Of a stretch of 64,000 bases of DNA, positions 57,501 to 64,000 are shown one piece after another (the first letter of the stretch is position 1; each line of letters opens with the position of its first letter). The stretch is from the NCBI GenBank assembly GCA_024704765.1, contig JAKMXF010000144.1, forward strand, positions 372,001-436,000, read 5' to 3'. The position numbers and the translations under genes are program-made. This DNA comes from Oopsacas minuta. Lineage: Eukaryota > Animalia > Porifera. The notes below the pieces were generated by a model that was not told the DNA's origin, searched no databases, and saw nothing but the letters and a program-made list of their open reading frames with translations.

Positions 57501-58366
57501 CTCAGCTGATTTCTACACTTTCAAAGTAGCTATAAATAGCTCCCTTGAGAATTGCTATTAGAGTAGTATTATTAGTTACTAGTGTTTGTAGTTGAATAGT
57601 ACGTATATACTTACCAACAATTGCATAGTAGTATAGCAATCTGTTAAGCTGATATTTCCTAAGTCTTTCTGTCTGTAAAGCTTCATTCTGATCCTCCTCT
57701 CCACTCCCTTCATTATCGCCTCCTCCAAGGAGTTCCTCTGGTCCCACTGCCTCCTCAATCTTTATCCTACTCGCCCCGTACTTAGAGGGGAATACTCTCA
57801 CAGAGAGGATGTGGCCATTGTCAGATGTCAAACTTGAGAGTAATTTAAATATGTCAATAGCTGTAACTCTATCCCAGTCCATATTACATACAGCTAGACG
57901 AGAAGTAGACACGTCAGTAGTAGCTACTGATTGGTCTAACTCTGCCCACGCGTGTATCAGCTCCTCTCTAACATTCCCAGCATCTATAAATAGGAGTGAT
58001 ATTCAGGTAATTAAACTATATTTATAGAATTATACCTTCTTGCTCTGAATCACTACTGGAAGAGCTTTCTATTTCGATCTCTCCACGAGACCGACACACC
58101 AACTCAGCTCCGGTTAGTCCTCCTCCCTCCTCTCCCTCCTCTAGCCTGTAGTATCGTCTAAGGTCCTCTGAGGCTGTACTAGAGATAGGACGGCCCCGCT
58201 TGTCCTGAGAGTAGTTCAGCTTAAAACGAGCCTCTTTGAACATTCCTTCGAATCGATCGTCAATTTCAATTTTCCGAACCTTCCTTGGTACTCGTTTGAA
58301 ACGAGGATCAGAATTGGCGGACGAAAACCTTTCATCTGCCAAACCAGTTCCTTTACCCTTAGACAT
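54531..58366 (-). CDS. ESF1: ESF1 pre-rRNA processing factor, 5 exons
   Basis: D.RF......DPRF, RLAVCNMDWDRV.A.D, RKYQLNRL.YYYAIV|E (intron 57614-56098), LDLR.VPDD, LTWDETDP.R and NUC153 region (D.RF..L.....YA.DPSDP.F). Confidence 0.93.
55643..55765. other. GC-richer structured island in an ESF1 intron
   Basis: The minus strand has terminal pairing GGAGACCACACGT/ACGTGTGTTTTCC enclosing three short hairpins (GAATTCCT/AGGAATTC, GCCT..AGGC, GGGC-AAAA-GCCC). Confidence 0.4.
56213..57529 (+). CDS. Acetylornithine deacetylase (M20A, plant/Dictyostelium ArgE type), intronless, nested in an ESF1 intron
   Basis: GSHLDVVPA, RGTTDCLGHVAL, FIASEE, HSG.P..GINALEL, GD.RLVPFY, GGSLPLV and YHADNEY. Confidence 0.92.
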   Translation: MATAQSLESWELDEGRFIQLLTALIGEVEFLQNNPPTYVPKESRAARHAMEVLKEYSTGDNPVLKVKLVEYKENRGNLIIEYNSECTQGVVSFVGSHLDVVPANPDTWDRNPFKLSQEGDKLYARGTTDCLGHVALITELFRQLAEKKPVLSVRVVAVFIASEENSSIPCVGIDQLVKEGLLENLKSGPVFWVDSSDSHPCIGCCSALMWKLRAEGRLSHSGLPWNGINALELATAACKDLIKHFYNKYPKHELEEKYRFLGPSTMKETQVKCMEGSVNQIPASCELAGDIRLVPFYDHHKCKQEILDRAQYLNEHIEELQSHEQSKFIITLGSGEVVRGKLKLEFDTADLGGIACKLDSPGYKALYDATKKVLGSAEPYSVGGSLPLVGTMQAEGFDIQITGYGLTSVYHADNEYAQLSDMKNGFRILAQLISTLSK

Positions 58367-58448
58367 TCTCAAACTAACGAAATACAATGCAAACACATAA
58401 AAACTAAAATCGCTCTGATGGCTGAACTAACTAAACAATGACGAAACC

Positions 58449-58450
58449 AA

Positions 58451-58497
<47 letters not shown>

Positions 58498-58500
58498 ATA
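58449..58500. repeat. (AAAT)n microsatellite
   Basis: About 13 units between the MPPED stop and the ESF1 start. Confidence 0.95.
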
Positions 58501-58507
58501 TCTACAT

Positions 58508-59431
58508 CTATAATACAACATCACTCTTCACTGTGTTCTGTATGTCGAACACTACAGGAGGATTAAGAGGCTTATAATGCAGGTTACAAGTAGAAGCGTT
58601 AATATAAGTAGTATATCCATCTGTAGTGACGCCATACGCTTCATGAATATGTCCGAATATATGATATCTTGGCTTTACTCGCTCTCTAACGGTTTTTAAC
58701 AACTCAACACATCCAGATCGTATCCCACCCTTAGTTAGGTCTCCTTGTCCAACAGGGGGACCATGAGTAACTAACACGTCGATATCCTCGGGGATCTGGT
58801 CCCACTTTTTCAGAATTGCACCTCCTCGGATCAAATTGAAGCCCCAGTTCTGGAACTCTGGTTGCCATGGAGACCCAAATATTTTAAATCCTAACACCTC
58901 AACACCACAATCTTCTAAATAAATACAATTCCGTAAAGACTGCTTTATCTCTGAAGAATTGTATTTTTTCGGATGACTAAAGGTGGACCAAAGCAAATGC
59001 GAATATTTATCAGTCTCAAAGCTAATATCATGATTCCCTGCTATAACTATCTTATATTTATGAGGCAATCGGCCTAAGAATTCATTAAACTTTGTAACTT
59101 CTTGAGGCAATCCTCTTTGTGTAAAATCTCCCGCGTGTATTAGCACATCTCCTGAGGGGATATCGAGTGTATCGGTTTTACCGTGAGTATCAGAAATACA
59201 TACAAATCTAGTGGACCCTTCAGGTATATCTGATGGTGCTATAGGCTGTACAACTTTGTCTGAGTTAACTTTAACTTTAAGTATGCTCCATGATTTTGTG
59301 GGGTTATCAGTGTATTTATATACCTGTATACTGGATGTACCAGCTCTAGGCGGGATAGGAATTAGATCTGGAATATTAGATTGGAAATAGAATGAAATAT
59401 CATCTGAAGGGTTTTGGTGCTTAGAAGCCAT
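58508..59431 (-). CDS. Metallophosphoesterase MPPED1/2-like
   Basis: FVCISDTH, HAGDFT, IAGNHD, FGSPWQP, LVTHGPP and HIFGHIHE.YG. Confidence 0.93.
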   Translation of the reverse strand: MASKHQNPSDDISFYFQSNIPDLIPIPPRAGTSSIQVYKYTDNPTKSWSILKVKVNSDKVVQPIAPSDIPEGSTRFVCISDTHGKTDTLDIPSGDVLIHAGDFTQRGLPQEVTKFNEFLGRLPHKYKIVIAGNHDISFETDKYSHLLWSTFSHPKKYNSSEIKQSLRNCIYLEDCGVEVLGFKIFGSPWQPEFQNWGFNLIRGGAILKKWDQIPEDIDVLVTHGPPVGQGDLTKGGIRSGCVELLKTVRERVKPRYHIFGHIHEAYGVTTDGYTTYINASTCNLHYKPLNPPVVFDIQNTVKSDVVL

Positions 59432-59477
59432 CTGGATACCTATGGAATGATTTCAACGTTTAAAAGTAAATACATTT

Positions 59478-59558
59478 GTGGATGCGAGTTATCAGAACCC
59501 CCTTGGGAGTTCAGAGGATAGTACTTATATCTGGTCCTCTTATAACCAGAATCCACTG
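59478..59558. mobile_element. MITE family 3-related copy
   Basis: GTTATCAGAACCCCCTTGGGAGT...TCTTATAACCAGAATCCACTG shares the CTTGGGAGT core and the TTATAACC..CTG end with 8035-8176. Confidence 0.45.
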
Positions 59559-59791
59559 AACTAACTATTGCATTATATTATTAAGAATTACAACATATGA
59601 ACTTAACATTCAATGAACAAGAATCGAGTATAGAATTTAATAGTTAGAGTTGAACCATTTAGTATGAGAGATACAAATAAATCGATAAATATGAGTTGAG
59701 TTCTACAAAAGTTTCTAATGAGTGAGAGAGTGAGTATTGTGATTTCTAACTTGTCTCTTATAGTATAGCGTAATATATATATCCTATTCTA

Positions 59792-62700
59792 TTACTTGGC
59801 ACGGCTCGATCTAGTAATTCTTGTACTGTAAGATCGCGTGGATGTTCTCACCAGAGGCTTAGGGGGAGAATCTGCGGATTTTGTCGCTACAAGCTTACTG
59901 GGAGAGAGGGCGAATGAAACTGTAGCGGCTCTTGTGCGTCCAACTTCATTTATCACTCGTTTGGAGTTAGATAACTTTGGGGCCATCGGAGAGAGATTCA
60001 AGGTTACTTTATTCTTAGCTTGGGGTTGGGAAACCTGTCGTCTTGACAGAATTTTGAGAATACCCTTTACTTCTGTTTGCTTTTCACTTCTCAAAACTCT
60101 CTTATTTATAGGAGAGGGAGGTGATAGGCTATCAATCTTTGAAGGTGGTTGAGTTTTCACTGCAACAGGCTTTGTACTCGTAGCATTCCTTTGTCTCAAT
60201 ATCCTCACTGGGGGAGGAGATGGAGAAGATTCCATTTTAGGGATAGGAGGCTTAGCTTTCCCCATTGGTGAAAAAATCCTTGCAGATCTCACAAGTTTTG
60301 CTTTATGTGTTGTAACAGTAGATTTCACAGATTTCTTAGCCATAGAAGAAGTGTTTCTGTTAGAAATTCTGTTCCTAGTTATCCTAACGGGGAGAGGAGA
60401 GGGAGAGAGGGGTTTTATTTTAGTCCTGATCATGAAGGGGGAGGTGCTTGGAGATTTGGGGGGACTGACTATGATAACTTTAGCTGGTGATGACGGAGCG
60501 TTTTTATTGACAACTCGCTTTTTGACTTCTCTCGTTTTCTCTACTTGAGCTCCTCTCCTCGTGACTCTAGTCTCCCGTAGGACAAGAGGAGATACCTCTG
60601 GGGGCTCATGGGTATTAGGTCGAGGTGCTTTAGAGGGAGTCTTCCTGCTACTCTTCTGAGCAGCCCCTCGTAAATGTGACAATAACGGTGTAGGAGGAGA
60701 TTTGAATAGATCAGACAAGAATATCTCCTCTGGTTTTGAAGGAGTGTGTACAGGCTTAATCCGTGGGGTTCTGAACAGGTAAGGATAGAATGTGTCCTCT
60801 GGTTGAGCGGAGTGTTTTTTACGTGGAGTCCTCTCTTTAGGGAGAGAAGCAGTGCGTTTACGTCTCAGCTGAGGGACAGAAGGAGAGTCCTGTGGTGCAG
60901 ATGTGGCTCGCCTGGTACTACGAGGGGATACAGGAGTGTTGAAGAGAGATGGTCTGAAGTTAGACTCTAAGTCTGTAACCTTAATCTTAGGAGTATCAAA
61001 TAGCCGAGGATTGAATACATCCTGGTCCCGTAAGGATCTTCGTGAAGGAGGTCGAGGGGTGTCGGCATGGGTATGATTCTCAACACTCTTTGATACTCTT
61101 ACAGATGTGTTGAGAGGAGCTACTCGAGGGGTGAGCGAGCGTGTACATGTTGGGGACACCCAAGCCAGACGGAGAACTTTAGAGCTAACGAGAGATCTAC
61201 CACGACGGGGGGATTTTGGAAGCGGAGAGCTCCTATTAGAGCGGGGACTAGCTACACGAGCAGATAGAGGAGTAGCAGTTATGTTATTGGTACTAGGGGT
61301 TGATATATATGATCTTGGAGTCCTAGCTTTTAGTTTGGGAGTACTATCATGAACTATTGACCTCTCAAACTCTGAGCTAACCAGAGGATGGCTAATCTGT
61401 ACATGAGAAGTATTTCTAACAGCTCTCTTAGCTGATGAGCTTCTGCTTACTTGGGTATCTGTCTGATTGGTGGATGATCTTGATCTGAGGCCAGGAGACT
61501 TAGATTTACTATTTGATGGAGTATGAACAGCTGGAGATTTGTTCGATATAGCAGAAGATTTACTTTGAATAGCTGGAGGTTTCGCTTCAACAGTTTGAAT
61601 AGTTGGAGATCTAAGCGAATAAATATGAGAATCCTTTGGAATAGCTGGTGACTTTGAAACAGCTGGAGACTTCTTTGAAACAGCTGGAGACTTCTTTGAA
61701 ACAGCTGGAGAGTTCTTTGAAACAGCTGGAGAGTTCTTTAAGACAGCTGGAGATTTCTTTGAAATAGCTGGAGATTTGTTCGATAGAGCAGGAGATTTCA
61801 CCTCAACTGATTGAACAGCTGGAGATTTACTAGTTGAGGAGATAGATTTTGATTGAACAGCTGATCCATAAGAATCATGCACTGGGGTGACAACTTGATG
61901 CTTCAGGCCAGACAGTGGAGGAGACTGGAATAAATCTGGAGATTTAGAAAGACGCTGAGACATTCTAAAAGGAGATTCAAGAGAAATTTTTCTAGATTGT
62001 TCAGTTAGTTTAGGAAGAATACCAGCCTCAGGAGTCTTACGAATCATCTTGGGAGTGGTTTTGGGGCTGTTAATAGCCCTGACAATTGACTGATTAGAAC
62101 TAGGAGATAATTTCACTGTATCAGGGGTAGTTATTTGTGAAGAGGAAAGGTCCAGTGATTTAGATTTACGTGGTAGACTAATTCTAGTAGGAGCAGGATA
62201 GTTTTGGAGTGGAGACATAGTATGTCTCTTCTTTGCTGATTGTTGAAATTCTAATTCACCAGATTTGTTGCTAGGGGAGACTGATGTACCTTTTGGACTT
62301 AACAACTGGTCAGGAGATTTGGAACCCAGTCTAGGAGAAGTTATTAGCAGAGAAGCCTTGGCTTGTTGGGCTAAGTTAGAAACATTATTTCTCTTGAATA
62401 AAGTACGAGTTTCTCGAGCTGACAACTTACTAGGGAGCTTGGAATGTATAGAAGTTGGTGTGGATATACGTGAAGAGAGCTTCAAGTTATGAGATTCTTT
62501 CATTTCAGATAGGACAGCACTCCTTAGTCCTCTCCTTAACATAGTCTCACTAGTCATTGACTTGACTGGTAGGGACTTTGTCTCTTTCAATGGAGTTATA
62601 GTTTTTCCTACTTTTGGTGATTTTGGAGTGGAAAATTGGTTTTTGGATAGAGATTGTCTGGGAGAGAGTTTGGGTGAGTTCTGGAGTCTGTTTGGAGTGG

Positions 62701-64000
62701 TGAATTTGGCTTTAGGAGATAATTTAGAGAATTGTGTTGCTACTGAGAGGGGGAGCTTATAGGGGGTAGATCTCCTGAGAACTGCTTTAGTAGCAGATCG
62801 AGTTATAGGAGTACCACCTCGTTTAACTGGAGTACTAGGGGGCAGGTTACGACAGAATTCCTCTGGAGAGAGGGAGGGTCCAAACCTAACACTCTTACGA
62901 CTAGATAGAGTGAGAGGAGACCTTGATCGGCGAGCAGATAGACCTGTAGAGTTCGGATGTTTGTAAGTAGACGGGTACTTCTTGGGTGTGCTAATAGGAG
63001 GAGAGGTCTTAAGAGACTCTCTGGGAGATTTCCTGAGATAGGATTTAGAAGGAGACTTCTGAGGTGTCTGCTGGGTACGTGTAGATCTCCTCAGACCAGA
63101 ATTATTTGGAGAATCCTAGATATACATAGAATTATTATACATAGACCGTGAACGAAATTCACACTATGACGTCATTGTTAACTCACCATTTTGTGGTCAG
63201 AAAATCTGGGAGATATCCTAACGAAAGTAATAGGAGCACTTTTACGCTTCAACTTGACAGGAGATGATATTGTCTCCTTAGGGAAGTCTGACAAACGTCT
63301 CTTCTCTGTGGATGGCTCTACCGATACATTCATTGTAGTACTCATGTCACGAGCAATCAAGCTAGGCTGTGAAGTATTTACTTCCATACTAGCATAGCTG
63401 TTATCAGTAGCATCGTGTGTGGCGCTTCTGCTATCTGATGCTGATAATGGAGTAGTGGATCTCTTGGTATTAGCTGGAGTAGAAGATTGTGTGGGAGACG
63501 AGTACGTGACATATTTTCTAGGTGATGGAGGGATGTTACTACCCCCTGGAGATGAGTGCGGACTGATTTGTTTTCTGGGAGAACTACGAATTGAAAGTCT
63601 GTCAACTTTAGGAGATTTGGCGGGACTTAGTGGATAAATTGTCTCTAGGTCAGCTGACTTTTCAAGATCCTCTAAAACTTCATCAATTTGAGACAGATTG
63701 GATGACGTAATAGCATCAGATAGTTTAGCCTTAGGATAACCAGGCTTGTATTCTACTCTGAAGTTCTTCCCTGCTACATGTATGACATCTAAATTCTCTA
63801 AGGGGTGTAGTGTTTTGATAGTTAGAGTAGTATTGTTCAGAAGACAGGGATTGCCAGAACTGAAGTTTATAACAAATATGTTCCCCAAAGAATCAACTAT
63901 AAGCGAGCAATGTTTTGGTTCAGCAAAGAACATTCTCAAGTCTGAGTCTACGTCACTACCCATAGCTATCTGGTCGTAAGGAGTGATCTGGTTGCCTAGC
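59792..64000 (-). CDS. MKI67: Ki-67-like protein (FHA + PP1-docking motif + basic disordered tail), 5'-truncated by the window edge; exons >=64000-63187 and 63115-59792
   Basis: The FHA-like segment contains HC.L.V....V.NFSSGNP.L.N and DVI.V....FR.E. ATG|GTGAGT at 63186 joins tctag|GAT at 63115 (phase 0), putting RKSVRFGPSLSPEEFCRNLPPSTPVKRGGTP in frame with the 932-aa S/P/K/R-rich ORF. Confidence 0.75.
61640..61797 (-). repeat. 21-bp coding repeat (SPAVSKK-like heptads)
   Basis: KSPALSNKSPAISKKSPAVLKNSPAVSKNSPAVSKKSPAVSKKSPAVSK-SPA. Confidence 0.85.

Noticed and set aside
1-64000. Bacterial, phage or symbiont origin suggested by the RNA ligase and ArgE-type genes
   Set aside because: The ligase has three spliceosomal introns, the deacetylase sits inside a spliceosomal intron of ESF1, and all neighbours are eukaryotic.

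Overview
This is eukaryotic, AT-rich, very gene-dense genomic DNA with short GT-AG introns, many intronless genes, one tRNA gene and no prokaryotic features. The gene content is animal (ARMC5, SYCE2-like, Ki-67-like, HAUS7-like). Together with the compactness and repeated gene nesting, this suggests an early-branching metazoan, most plausibly a glass sponge (Hexactinellida). That assignment is an inference, not an identification. About 30 protein genes can be modelled. Three host genes carry whole antisense genes inside a phase-consistent intron: a WD40 gene hosts PES1, ESF1 hosts an acetylornithine deacetylase, and ARMC5 hosts four secreted TIL-domain genes. The best candidate for an undescribed system is that intronic TIL cluster (44.5-50.1 kb). 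One member has a membrane/GPI-type tail. The other three each carry a different highly charged low-complexity tail: His/Asp/Gly 19-mers, RPTGDRP[D/E/H/G] octamers, or poly-(Asp-Ser) followed by an Arg/His/Lys block and a Thr-rich stalk. This chemistry is typical of biomineral or matrix-templating proteins. The second highlight is a Ki-67-like gene (FHA, PP1-docking motif, repeated LFxTP motifs, basic disordered tail). Other points are an intron-containing Rnl2-type RNA ligase, an NPC2/ML tandem array with a pseudogene, a CNG channel with a non-canonical pore, operon-like spacing with splice acceptors just before ATGs, three TA-flanked MITE families, and several unexplained hairpins. All family calls come from motif recognition by eye; no database searches were run.
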